DNA of 64,000 nucleotides from Candidatus Omnitrophota bacterium (GTDB lineage Bacteria; Omnitrophota; Gorgyraeia; Gygaellales; Profunditerraquicolaceae): contig JBAZNT010000005.1 in the NCBI GenBank assembly GCA_041649115.1, positions 12,737 to 76,736 of the forward strand. Reading direction: 5' to 3'. Positions 7,612 to 16,946 of the stretch are shown here, in pieces. The notes beneath the pieces were generated by a model, which was given only the letters and a program-made list of their open reading frames with translations, made no database searches and had not been told where the DNA came from. The translations under genes and the position numbers were made by a program. Positions within the stretch are counted from its first letter, which is position 1; each line of letters opens with the position of its first letter.

Positions 7612-8958
7612 ATGAATAATACTTTTTATTTGAACATTTCAACTGCCGAGAACCTGGGGATAGGTCTCTTCAAGTATCAGCTTACCTCGCCGGAGCGGTT
7701 TATCATTACGAATTCTGCCCTGGCACACATGCTGGGTTATCTTTCCAGGGTTGATTTTAAGCGGATTACCCTGGATGACCTTTTTTTGCGTCCATACGAG
7801 AAGGAAAAGTTCATTACGCTTCTTAAAGAGCAAGGGAAGGTAAAGTTCTTTGAGACGCTTTTTAAATCAAAAGACGGCAAACCGGTCTGGGTTGCTATTA
7901 CGGCCTCGCGCGTACTTATCAATAACAAGAGGGACTACGCCGAGGGTATTATCGAGAACATCAGCGAACATAAAGAGACAGAAGAGAAACTGGAACTTGA
8001 AAGGGACTTTATGCAGGGGCTTCTGGATAGCATGCCGGATGCCATCTATTTTAAGGACCGTCAGAATAAGATTATCAAGGTAAATAGATTCTATGCCGAA
8101 GGCTCAAAACTTAAATACGAGGATATTATCGGAAAGACCGATTTCGATTTCTTCCCGCACGAGCAGGCCCGGAAGATGTTCGAGGATGACAATTACGTCC
8201 TGAGCGGAAAGTCTATTATCGGCAAAATAGAGCGCACCCTTCTTCCCAACGGCACCTGGAATCAGGTTATCACTACCAAGATACCCATGTATGACCGCGG
8301 CGGCAATATCATCGGAACCATGGGTATCACCCGCGATATGACGGCTTACGCCAACCTCGAGAGGGAGCGCCTGGAGATGTTGATTAATACCGTCATGGTT
8401 TTAGGCAAGGCCATGGAGATGCGCGACCCGTACACTTTCAGCCACAACCGTAAGGTTGCCGATATCGCCGAGAAGATTGGCAAGGCCTTGAATTGGGATG
8501 AGAACAGGCTCCTGGGCATGAAGCTTGCCGGTGAGCTGCATGACCTGGGAAAGATTAGCATCCCGCTGGATATACTCAACAAGCCGGGGAAGCTCAGCGA
8601 CCTGGAATTTAAGCTTATCCAGGAGCACGTAGTAAAATGTTATGACCTCTTTAAAGATATCAAATTTCCATTTTCATTGGCAGATATTGTTTATCAACAC
8701 CACGAGCGCTTAGACGGTACTGGCTATCCCCGCGGCCTTAAAGGCCAAGACATAAACGAGGAAGCGCGCGTGTTGGCAGTAAGCGATGTCTTAGAAGCAA
8801 TGACCTCGCATCGTCCCTACCGCGAAGCATTAGGGCTGAACAAGGCTATGGATGAGCTCCAAAATGGCAAAGGGAATAAATACGACCCGCAGATAGTAGA
8901 AATAGTGGTTCATCTTGTATCTGATAGCGGCAATAAGATTTTCTGGTCCACGAATTAA
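7612..8958 (+). CDS. PAS sensor - HD-GYP domain c-di-GMP phosphodiesterase
   Basis: Two PAS-like segments are followed by an HD-GYP domain: HSHNRKVA..., ELHDLGKISIP, HHERLDGTGYPRGL. Confidence 0.9.
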   Translation: MNNTFYLNISTAENLGIGLFKYQLTSPERFIITNSALAHMLGYLSRVDFKRITLDDLFLRPYEKEKFITLLKEQGKVKFFETLFKSKDGKPVWVAITASRVLINNKRDYAEGIIENISEHKETEEKLELERDFMQGLLDSMPDAIYFKDRQNKIIKVNRFYAEGSKLKYEDIIGKTDFDFFPHEQARKMFEDDNYVLSGKSIIGKIERTLLPNGTWNQVITTKIPMYDRGGNIIGTMGITRDMTAYANLERERLEMLINTVMVLGKAMEMRDPYTFSHNRKVADIAEKIGKALNWDENRLLGMKLAGELHDLGKISIPLDILNKPGKLSDLEFKLIQEHVVKCYDLFKDIKFPFSLADIVYQHHERLDGTGYPRGLKGQDINEEARVLAVSDVLEAMTSHRPYREALGLNKAMDELQNGKGNKYDPQIVEIVVHLVSDSGNKIFWSTN

Positions 8959-9044
8959 CCCTTCCGTAACATCAATACCAAATAATTAGAAATTCAGGTT
9001 AGATTCATTTTCTCGTTTCGTCTATTATGCCAGGAGGCGAGAAG

Positions 9045-10583
9045 ATGAGAAAAATATTCTGGTTTTGTGTGTTTTTGTTATGCAGCGCAGATTTTTTGCA
9101 GGCAGAACTTGTCTGGAGCGATCTAAGTTGCGGTAATACCGGTATCACCAGTATTTTAATTGATTCCGTCGACCCGGGATTGTTATATGCCGGTTCGAAA
9201 GCCGGGGTTTTAAAGAGCCTGGATGGGGGCAATAGCTGGCATAATGTCCTGTCATTAAGGGGAGGGGATGCCAGAGTTAATCTCCTGTCTTTTGACCCCT
9301 TCAATAATAAGATTGTTTACGCCGCTACCTCCCGCGGATTGTACAGCAGCAGTAACAGGGGCGGGAGTTGGCTGAGGATTTTTAGGCGCAGTAACTACCT
9401 GGAGACGGATTGTACTGCGGTTGCCGTTGTGCCTGGCATTATTTATCTGGGGACGCGGGGAGGCCTTTTTGCAAGCCGGGATAACGGACGCAGTTGGAGC
9501 AGGGAAAGCGGCCGGGTAGGCGGCGAAGATGTCAGGGCAGTAGCTTACTCGGCGATTGATAAAGTTGTTTATGCTGCCTCCTGCGGCGGCATATACCGTG
9601 CAACTCCTGGAGGGAATAGTTGGGAGAGGATCTTTGTAGCTCATGCCCGGGAAGATAAAGAGTATAATGAAGAGCCAGACGAAAAAGAGGAGACAGATAG
9701 CGGGACAGAAATAAACTACCTGGCTGTTGCGCCAGCAAGCGGAGATATTTACATTGCCGCAGGAACGGGGATTTATCAATCCAGCGACAGGGGTAAGAAC
9801 TGGGAAGCCCTTACCGATTACGGGTTGCTTAACCGTAACGTCAAGTTCATTTATGCGGCATGGAATTCCAGGGTTTATGCCGTTACAAGCTCCGGTATAT
9901 TCCTTTATTCCGGCGAACGCTGGCAGGAGTTGTCTTTTGCCCTGGCCGCAGGTGAGCCTTGCGCCGTCAATTACAGTAAAGATGGCAACCTTTATGCTGC
10001 CTGCCAGATGGGGCTTTTCAGGGCGTCTATAAAAGAGAGGGTTTATGATAATAATGGCAATGACGTCGGTCTCCGCTGTCAAGGCGAGCCGTCCATCAAT
10101 GAAGTGCAGCAGGCGGCAATTAAATACGCGGAGGTGGAGCCTGAAAAGATTATGCGCTGGAGAAAACAAGCAACTAAGAAGGCTTTTTTGCCGCAGTTAA
10201 GCTTAAGCGTGGATAGCGATACCGGCGACCTCTGGCACTGGGAGGCGGGTTCTTCCGCTAAAAGCGAAGACGATATTTTACGTAAGGGGCGCAGCAGCGT
10301 AGATTGGAGCGTTACCTGTAAATGGGATTTAGCGGAATTAATCTGGAATTCCGACCAAACCTCCATTGACGTACGCTCCAGATTAATGGTAGAGTTGCGT
10401 AATGACATCCTCGATGAGGTTACCAGGGTTTATTTTGAGAGGATGCGGGTAAAAACGGAATTAGAGGGGTTATCCATTGAGGAGAGTAATAAGAGGCAGG
10501 TAAAGGAGTTAAGGGTTGCTGAACTTACCGCCTTGCTTGATGCTATGACCGGAAGCTACTTTTCCAATTCCTTTAAAAAATAA
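9045..10583 (+). CDS. Secreted BNR/Asp-box repeat beta-propeller protein with an uncharacterised C-terminal domain
   Basis: Signal peptide MRKIFWFCVFLLCSADFLQA. Asp-box repeats: SLDGGNSW, SSNRGGSW, SRDNGRSW, TPGGNSW, SSDRGKNW. Shine-Dalgarno AGGAGG sits 7 nt upstream of ATG 9045; the track's ATG 9027 would overlap that Shine-Dalgarno. Confidence 0.65.
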   Translation: MRKIFWFCVFLLCSADFLQAELVWSDLSCGNTGITSILIDSVDPGLLYAGSKAGVLKSLDGGNSWHNVLSLRGGDARVNLLSFDPFNNKIVYAATSRGLYSSSNRGGSWLRIFRRSNYLETDCTAVAVVPGIIYLGTRGGLFASRDNGRSWSRESGRVGGEDVRAVAYSAIDKVVYAASCGGIYRATPGGNSWERIFVAHAREDKEYNEEPDEKEETDSGTEINYLAVAPASGDIYIAAGTGIYQSSDRGKNWEALTDYGLLNRNVKFIYAAWNSRVYAVTSSGIFLYSGERWQELSFALAAGEPCAVNYSKDGNLYAACQMGLFRASIKERVYDNNGNDVGLRCQGEPSINEVQQAAIKYAEVEPEKIMRWRKQATKKAFLPQLSLSVDSDTGDLWHWEAGSSAKSEDDILRKGRSSVDWSVTCKWDLAELIWNSDQTSIDVRSRLMVELRNDILDEVTRVYFERMRVKTELEGLSIEESNKRQVKELRVAELTALLDAMTGSYFSNSFKK

Positions 10584-10593
10584 ACCGCAGGAA

Positions 10594-10690
10594 GAGACGT
10601 TTTTCTGTCCGATTGAGACAGTGTCTTTTTTACAAGACACTGTCCCGAACGATGAGAAAAACGTCTCCGCTTTAGGCAGGAAAACGTCTC
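10594..10690. repeat. Second copy of the GAGACGTTTTYC / GACAGTGTCTT nested-palindrome repeat
   Basis: A direct unit (10594-10630) and an inverted unit (10634-10667) form nested stems: gagacgtttttct/gagaaaaacgtctc and gacagtgtctt/aagacactgtc. The linker cgctttagg follows, then a third inverted word, ggaaaacgtctc. Confidence 0.8.
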
Positions 10691-10700
10691 TGAAGATAGA

Positions 10701-10729
10701 TTGAATATTTTTTGTTTAGGGGTTATAAT
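10701..10729 (+). promoter_or_regulatory. Putative sigma70-type promoter of the MoxR operon
   Basis: TTGAAT-17 nt-TATAAT, about 45 nt upstream of ATG 10774. Confidence 0.5.
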
Positions 10730-10773
10730 ATCTTTTAATAAGTTAGAGATAATAATAAGAAAGGAGTCTTTTT

Positions 10774-11700
10774 ATGCCCAGGGATAGTTTAAACAAGATA
10801 ATTGAGAATATAGAAAAGGTTATTGTTGGCAAGACCGAAATCGTCAAGCTATTGTTAACGGGGCTTTTAACTAACGGCCATATCTTGATTGAAGATGTCC
10901 CTGGTACCGGCAAGACAATGCTTGCCCTTGCCCTTGCCAAGTCCATTGATGCGGATTTCAAAAGGATTCAATTCACGCCTGACCTTATGCCTTCCGATGT
11001 AACCGGCGGTTCGGTATATAACCCCAAAAAAGGTGAGTTTGATTTTAAGAAAGGCCCGGTCTTTACGCACATCCTTCTGGCGGATGAGATTAACCGTACT
11101 ACTCCCAGGACCCAGTCTGCCCTGCTGGAGTGCATGCAGGAATACAAGGTTTCTTTAGACGGAGAGACCTTCGTGTTGCCCAGGCCTTTTATGGTGGTGG
11201 CGACCCAGAACCCCATTGAATATCAGGGGACCTATCCATTGCCCGAGGCTCAGATTGACAGGTTTCTCATGAAGATCAGCATGGGTTATCTCGGGCCTGC
11301 CGAAGAGGTGGAGGTTATCACCGAGCAGAAGCACGAACATCCTGTAGAAAAATTGCAGCCGGTTGTGAAACTAGAGGAGGTTTTAAAGCTGCAGGATGAG
11401 GTTAAGAATATCCAGGTTTCGGATTCCGTGATGCAGTATATTGTAAAGTTGGTAGTAGCTACCCGCAAAAAGGAAGAGCTTAAGCTCGGGGCCAGCCCCC
11501 GCGCATCCATCGCTTTGATGAAGGCAAGTTCTGCCTGGGCGCTTCTGGAGGGGCGCGATTTTGTTATTCCGGATGACGTAGCAAAACTCCTCCCCTGGGT
11601 GTTAAAACACCGCATTATCCTTCAGGCCAAGGCCATGATTGCGGATAAGACCCCGGAATACGTAATATCCGGCATCCTCAAAGATACCCCCATCCCATAA
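10774..11700 (+). CDS. MoxR-family AAA+ ATPase
   Basis: Walker A IEDVPGTGKT, Walker B ILLADEINR, and VVATQNPIEYQGTYPLPEAQIDRF, typical of MoxR/RavA-like proteins. Confidence 0.92.
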   Translation: MPRDSLNKIIENIEKVIVGKTEIVKLLLTGLLTNGHILIEDVPGTGKTMLALALAKSIDADFKRIQFTPDLMPSDVTGGSVYNPKKGEFDFKKGPVFTHILLADEINRTTPRTQSALLECMQEYKVSLDGETFVLPRPFMVVATQNPIEYQGTYPLPEAQIDRFLMKISMGYLGPAEEVEVITEQKHEHPVEKLQPVVKLEEVLKLQDEVKNIQVSDSVMQYIVKLVVATRKKEELKLGASPRASIALMKASSAWALLEGRDFVIPDDVAKLLPWVLKHRIILQAKAMIADKTPEYVISGILKDTPIP

Positions 11701-11707
11701 GACAAAA

Positions 11708-12934
11708 ATGCTTAAGGCGTCTCTTAAGAAATGGCTGTTCCTGTTTACTATCATTATATTCAATCTACTCATCGCCTTAAGGACCTCCCTGGGGTTCTTT
11801 TATTTTTTCTTTTTCCTGCTCGTTGCAAACTTGATAGTAAGCTTTGCGTGGCTGGCTATAGAGTTTTTTCTTAGCGAGCTGCATCTGGTCCGCTACCTGC
11901 CGGTACAGATAGAAGAGGATGATTACCTCGAGGTAGAGGTCCGGCTGAAAAATAAAAGTTTTATTCCCCTTTTTAATTTTATCTTAGCAGACGAACTGCC
12001 GTGCGCTGAGCCATTCCTGAAACGCAAGCTGGTTTTGGTTTCCTCTCTTGCCTCGCATTCGTATTTAAACCTGAAATACAAATGTTTATGCCCCCGGCGC
12101 GGGAAATACAGGGTAGGGCCGTTTTCGTTGTATCTGTTTGACCCCTGGGGGATATTTTTTATCAAGAAGACTTACCGCGTTTGCTCTGAGCTCTATGTTT
12201 ATCCGCGCGTCTTCAATATCAGAAGGTTCCCGCCTTTGACAAAAGGCAACGTCCCGTGGTTCGGCATAGATACCAGCCGCGTCAGCGGGGATGAGCATGA
12301 TTTTTTCGGGGTGCGCGAATATAAGCCCGGAGACCCCATCAAGAGGATCCACTGGCTTTCTACCGCCCGCAAGAGCAGCCTTATTGTCAAGGAATTCCAG
12401 CAGCGCGCATTTTTTAGCGCCAGCATTATCTTTGGGCTCCAAAAGGATAAGAATTTCGGAGAGGGCAAGCAGACTGTTGCGGAGTATACAATCAAGATAG
12501 CGGCCTCAATAGCAAATTATCTTAGCCAGAGCGGAGCGTCGCTGGAGCTTATCGCGCGTGCCGGCGAGATGATACATCTACCTTCCAATAAGGGGCCGGA
12601 GCACCTTGACGATATCTTCCGCGCCCTGGCAACGGCCCAGCCTGCAGCAACGGCGGGACTGGGTGCGGTACTTGACCAATACGCCGATTTCATCCCCGCC
12701 AACACTACCCTGATAAGCATCATGCTTGATGAGGATTGGAGGTATATCCCGCATCTTTTGGCGATGGAGAAGCGCGACATTTCGTTAATACCGGTAGTGC
12801 TTATCGCTTCTTCGTTTTTTCATCATTCCGCAGGGGAAAGGGTTATCAAGAACGCCCAGTTTCGTTTCCCGAGAGGCTCAAGGTTTACTCCGATATTCGT
12901 ATCCTGCGGCCAGGACCTGCAGAGCACCTTTTAG
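11708..12934 (+). CDS. DUF58 domain protein (MoxR partner, vWA-like)
   Basis: N-terminal TM helices plus the DUF58 hallmark FFGVREYKPGDPIKRIHW. It holds the canonical position after moxR. Confidence 0.85.
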   Translation: MLKASLKKWLFLFTIIIFNLLIALRTSLGFFYFFFFLLVANLIVSFAWLAIEFFLSELHLVRYLPVQIEEDDYLEVEVRLKNKSFIPLFNFILADELPCAEPFLKRKLVLVSSLASHSYLNLKYKCLCPRRGKYRVGPFSLYLFDPWGIFFIKKTYRVCSELYVYPRVFNIRRFPPLTKGNVPWFGIDTSRVSGDEHDFFGVREYKPGDPIKRIHWLSTARKSSLIVKEFQQRAFFSASIIFGLQKDKNFGEGKQTVAEYTIKIAASIANYLSQSGASLELIARAGEMIHLPSNKGPEHLDDIFRALATAQPAATAGLGAVLDQYADFIPANTTLISIMLDEDWRYIPHLLAMEKRDISLIPVVLIASSFFHHSAGERVIKNAQFRFPRGSRFTPIFVSCGQDLQSTF

Positions 12935-12943
12935 GAAAGAGCC

Positions 12944-15415
12944 ATGGAAGAAGGACGGTTAAATATAAAGGAAAAGTATCTTTTGGCAGAGTTTGCCTTT
13001 AGCTTTATCCTATTGTGCGCTGCCGTTTTTCTTTTTGGAGAAGCGCTGGGAGTCCTGAGGAATTATTTTATCCTGGCTCTGGCAGGGGGGTTGTATTTTA
13101 GCTGGGTTCAGCGCGACAAAAAATCCCCGGCGCTCTATGCCGCCATTAATATCGCGTTCCTGGCTGTTTTTATCTGGGTTTTTTACGAGGTTTTTAACTC
13201 CTCGCTATTCTATAAAGACGTCATCCTTCTTTTTGTTAAGGCCGGATTTATCCTGTCGGCTCTTCTTTCGCTGGGAGCGGTTAGCGGGTTTTTGGTGTAC
13301 GTAGAGGTGTTGAGCCTTGCGCTTGTAATGTGTTCCCCGATTTTTATCAATAAGTATAACCCCCAGCACTATCTCTTATTGGCTTTTTGTTTCTTTTCCT
13401 GGGCAGCCCTTTTAAAATTGCGATTTGAAAGGCCTTTTGCATTGGTATCCGCAAGGACATCCGGGCGCAACTATCCCAGGATTTTTGATTTGGCCTTGTT
13501 GCTGTTAATTGCTTTGTTCGCCTGGGCGTTTTTCTACGCAATACCGCTTAGGGGCATTAGGGACAAGGGGTTTTTTATCCATGAGACTGGGGTGTATGGG
13601 GTGCCCGAGGCGCCTTCAGAACAAAAATACTATGCATTGCAGGAGAAGCTGCAGGATGGAATCCTGGAGGCCATACCTGATCTTAAATCCAAAGGCGAGA
13701 TATTAGGGGATCTCAGTTCTCTTATCAAAGAGTCTGCGGACGTAATGGAAATCAAGAGGGCCCGCGATGGGCTGGTGGATAAATTAAGGCGGCCCGGGCC
13801 GGGACTGGAGAAAGGCAAGGATGACAATCTTCTTCTGCTTCTTGATCAATACCTCGACCAGAAGATAAAGCGTAATTTAAAGATAAGCAAAGAAAAGGTT
13901 ATTGAAAGCCTCAAGGGCAACCCATTCAGCATCAGGGATAGGTTTGCGGCTCTCACGCGGCTGAATAAGATGCAATATGATGATTCAGTAGAGAAGGTGG
14001 GGTCTTGGGGCCGGGAACTGAAGATAATCATCGCTAAATCGTCGGTCAGCCCGGGAGCCAAAAGAGAGATTAAAGGTGCCTTAGCGCAGTTTGAGAAGTG
14101 GAAATATTACCAGCTTTATTGCCGTCAATTAGACGCCCTTAAGCAAACTGCCGGTTCGCTCGATAAGGACTCCCGCGAAAAATCAGAGGAACTTATTTCT
14201 GCGCTTGAAAATATATATTCACCCTTGGATTTAAACACGGCCGGCGGAAAAATCAAGATCTTAAGATACAGCGGAGGTAGGGAAATGGATGCCGTAGCAA
14301 ACCAGGCTGATAACGTACTTGATGCTGCTTCCCGCATGGTTGCTGCGGCAGGCAACATGGCCAAAGAAGACAGGGGCGAGCCTGGCCAGAGACAGAAGCC
14401 TGTTGAGACCGGAGGGGGCGGCGATAACGGGGAATACAAGAGATTATCTTCAGTAGAAATACTTCCGGAATACTGCCGGATAGCGCTGGGGGGGACCAAG
14501 GAGCTGCTTGCCATGGGAATCTACGAAGACGGCTCGCACCAAGATGTTACTGCCGAGGCGTTATGGTCAAGCTCAGACGGGGATATTCTTTCCGTTGCGC
14601 AAGGGGTGGTTAGCGCTGCGGGGATCGGCAAGGGCAGGGTTTACGCAGAGATAAATGGCGTAAAAAGCAGGGCAGCCATGGTAGTGGTGGAGGAGCCGCA
14701 ACTGGTGGCGGTTAACATTTTCCCGCCCGGCCTGTCGATACCTGTTAACGGCAGCGCCGCCTTAAAAGCCGAGGGCGTTTTTAGTAACGGCGGGCATAAA
14801 GACATCACCTCTTCGGTTGATTGGAAAGTTGAGGATGAACGTTTAATCAGGGTGTCCAGAGGTAAAATTTACGGGTTGAGGATAGGAAGCACTTCGGTGT
14901 ATGCCGAGTACGCTGCGCTTAGGAGTTCCGGCGTTGAGGTAAAGGTGACCATGACTTTATTTTGGGCAGCCGTATTGCTATTTAAACTTGTCCTGGCCTC
15001 GGCAGTTCTATTAGGAATAGTATTTGCCGTTTTTTATGCCTTGACCGAAGAAAGGAAGAAAAAGATTAAGTCCTGGATGGCTCTTGACCAGCGCCGTTTT
15101 ATTGTTGAGGTTTACAGAAATACCCATGGCGTCTTAGGGGTTTTTGGACCGCGGCCGGAAAAAACGATACCGCCCTTGTCCTACGCTACTGCGGTAGAAG
15201 AACGTTATTCACTAACAAATAATGTTTATACCAGCCTGACACATTTGTTCGAAGAGGCAAAATACAGTAATCATGCCATCAGTGATGATGATGCCAGCGA
15301 AGCGCTGGTAGTTTACAATAGTTTTATCCGCATGGTTCTCGGCCGTTACGGCAAGGGCAGGATTTTTCTGGGCCGCTGCCTGCTTTTATTATTAAAGAAA
15401 CCGCTCTATATCTAA
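12944..15415 (+). CDS. Polytopic membrane protein with 2 Big_2 (bacterial Ig-like) domains and a DUF4129-like C-terminus; takes the place of TgpA-type transglutaminase
   Basis: The N-terminal ~200 aa are multi-TM. A long helical, charged region follows. Two Big_2-like repeats are present (LWSSSDGDILSV...GRVYAEINGVKS; VDWKVEDERLIRV...GSTSVYAEYAALRS). After a TM helix comes the tail ...YTSLTHLFEEAKYSNHAISDDDASEA, resembling DUF4129. I could not find a Cys-His-Asp transglutaminase core. Confidence 0.6.
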   Translation: MEEGRLNIKEKYLLAEFAFSFILLCAAVFLFGEALGVLRNYFILALAGGLYFSWVQRDKKSPALYAAINIAFLAVFIWVFYEVFNSSLFYKDVILLFVKAGFILSALLSLGAVSGFLVYVEVLSLALVMCSPIFINKYNPQHYLLLAFCFFSWAALLKLRFERPFALVSARTSGRNYPRIFDLALLLLIALFAWAFFYAIPLRGIRDKGFFIHETGVYGVPEAPSEQKYYALQEKLQDGILEAIPDLKSKGEILGDLSSLIKESADVMEIKRARDGLVDKLRRPGPGLEKGKDDNLLLLLDQYLDQKIKRNLKISKEKVIESLKGNPFSIRDRFAALTRLNKMQYDDSVEKVGSWGRELKIIIAKSSVSPGAKREIKGALAQFEKWKYYQLYCRQLDALKQTAGSLDKDSREKSEELISALENIYSPLDLNTAGGKIKILRYSGGREMDAVANQADNVLDAASRMVAAAGNMAKEDRGEPGQRQKPVETGGGGDNGEYKRLSSVEILPEYCRIALGGTKELLAMGIYEDGSHQDVTAEALWSSSDGDILSVAQGVVSAAGIGKGRVYAEINGVKSRAAMVVVEEPQLVAVNIFPPGLSIPVNGSAALKAEGVFSNGGHKDITSSVDWKVEDERLIRVSRGKIYGLRIGSTSVYAEYAALRSSGVEVKVTMTLFWAAVLLFKLVLASAVLLGIVFAVFYALTEERKKKIKSWMALDQRRFIVEVYRNTHGVLGVFGPRPEKTIPPLSYATAVEERYSLTNNVYTSLTHLFEEAKYSNHAISDDDASEALVVYNSFIRMVLGRYGKGRIFLGRCLLLLLKKPLYI

Positions 15416-15493
15416 AATCGCTTGCAAATCCAGGATATTTATGATAAGTTATAGATTCGTTGCGTATTTTTTTTAGCCTTTTTATTGAAATCA

Positions 15494-15817
15494 ATGTCCT
15501 TACTACACCTAAACGACAGCAATTTTAAAAAAGAAGTTTTAGAATCCGAGCTTCCGGTGCTGGTGGATTTTTGGGCTCCCTGGTGCGGGCCATGCAAAAT
15601 GATTGCGCCGGTGCTGGAAGAGCTGACCAGCGAATATCAGGGCAGGATAAAGGTCGGTAAGGTTAATATTGACGAGAATTCAGGCGTCGCCACCCAGTAC
15701 GCAGTAATGTCCATTCCCACCATTATGTTTTTTAGCCGGGGCAAGGTAGTAGACCAGGTTGTAGGAGTCCTCAGCAAATCCGACCTGAAGGGCAGGATCG
15801 AAGAGGCCTTTATTTAG
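15494..15817 (+). CDS. trxA: Thioredoxin
   Basis: WCGPC active site in VLVDFWAPWCGPCKMIAP, within a typical ~107-aa fold. The track opens at TTG 15485; ATG 15494 is more likely. Confidence 0.92.
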   Translation: MSLLHLNDSNFKKEVLESELPVLVDFWAPWCGPCKMIAPVLEELTSEYQGRIKVGKVNIDENSGVATQYAVMSIPTIMFFSRGKVVDQVVGVLSKSDLKGRIEEAFI

Positions 15818-15855
15818 TATTTTTCAGGCGCCTCATTTCCTTAAGTCCATTGTAG

Positions 15856-16944
15856 ATGAAGAAGGTATTTGTAGCTGCTACCAAGCAGAACGACGGAAAG
15901 ACTACCGTGTCCCTGGGGCTAATCCGCAACTTCAAGGACAGGTTCCGGAGGGTAGCTTTTATCAAGCCTATCGGCCAGCGCTACCTGCAGGAGGAGGGCG
16001 TCAAGATTGACGAAGACTCCTGGTTGATTGAGGAGGTATGCGGTATCCAGTGCGGGCTTAAGGATACCAGCCCTATTGCGGTAGAGAAGGGGTTTACCGA
16101 GAAATACATCAGCCGGCCCGATAAGGAATCGATTTCCAAGCAGATTAAAGATGCCTATCGGCGCGTTTCCAAAAGGCAGGATCTGGTTATCATTGAAGGC
16201 ACCGGCCACGCCGGCGTGGGTTCGGTATTTGACCATTCTAATGCCTATGTGGCGCGCCTGTTGGGGGCGAAGGCTATTATCATATCTTCCGGCGGCATAG
16301 GCAGGCCCATCGATGAAATTATTCTAAATAAGGCGCTTTTTGACAAAGAGGGGGTCAAGGTATTAGGCGTAATCATCAATAAGGTCCTGCCGTCTAAATT
16401 CGATAAAATCAGCAGTTTGGTTATCAAGGGGCTCAGGCGCAAGGGCATCAAGGTGCTCGGGGTATTGCCTTACAGCCCCATACTGGCAAGGCCGGCAGTC
16501 AGGCAGATACTGGAAGATTCCGATTACGAACTTATGAGCGGCAAGGACGCCCTCGGCAATTATGTTTCCGGGGTAGTGGTGGGGGCGATGAAGCCCTGCG
16601 ATGCGGTAAAATATATAATTGAGGGTAGTTTTATCATTACCCCGGGGGACCGCGAAGATATCATTGAAACCGTGCTTTCCTCCTACCGCGACTCCGAGAA
16701 GAAGACCTTGAAGGCCTCCGGCATAATCCTCACCGGAGGCATGCTTCCGGCTGCGGCGTTAAGGGATGCATTATCGAAGGCGGGTATACCGGTATTAGTG
16801 GCAAAGGAGGATACCTATGCCGTGGCCTCTTACGTCCATGACCTTAATGTGAAGATGAGGCCGAAGGACAGCGATAAAATCAACGAAGCAATCAGGTTAG
16901 TGCGTGAAAAGGTAGACATGAATACCATATTGAAAGGCATATAG
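15856..16944 (+). CDS. Stand-alone Pta N-terminal-type protein (BioD/CobQ-like P-loop + DRTGG domain)
   Basis: MKKVFVAATKQNDGKTTVSLGL... (dethiobiotin-synthase-like P-loop) with a C-terminal DRTGG-like region (IITPGDREDII...GIILTGG). This resembles the N-terminal half of long Pta enzymes. It lies 2 nt upstream of pta. Confidence 0.7.
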   Translation: MKKVFVAATKQNDGKTTVSLGLIRNFKDRFRRVAFIKPIGQRYLQEEGVKIDEDSWLIEEVCGIQCGLKDTSPIAVEKGFTEKYISRPDKESISKQIKDAYRRVSKRQDLVIIEGTGHAGVGSVFDHSNAYVARLLGAKAIIISSGGIGRPIDEIILNKALFDKEGVKVLGVIINKVLPSKFDKISSLVIKGLRRKGIKVLGVLPYSPILARPAVRQILEDSDYELMSGKDALGNYVSGVVVGAMKPCDAVKYIIEGSFIITPGDREDIIETVLSSYRDSEKKTLKASGIILTGGMLPAAALRDALSKAGIPVLVAKEDTYAVASYVHDLNVKMRPKDSDKINEAIRLVREKVDMNTILKGI

Positions 16945-16946
16945 CA

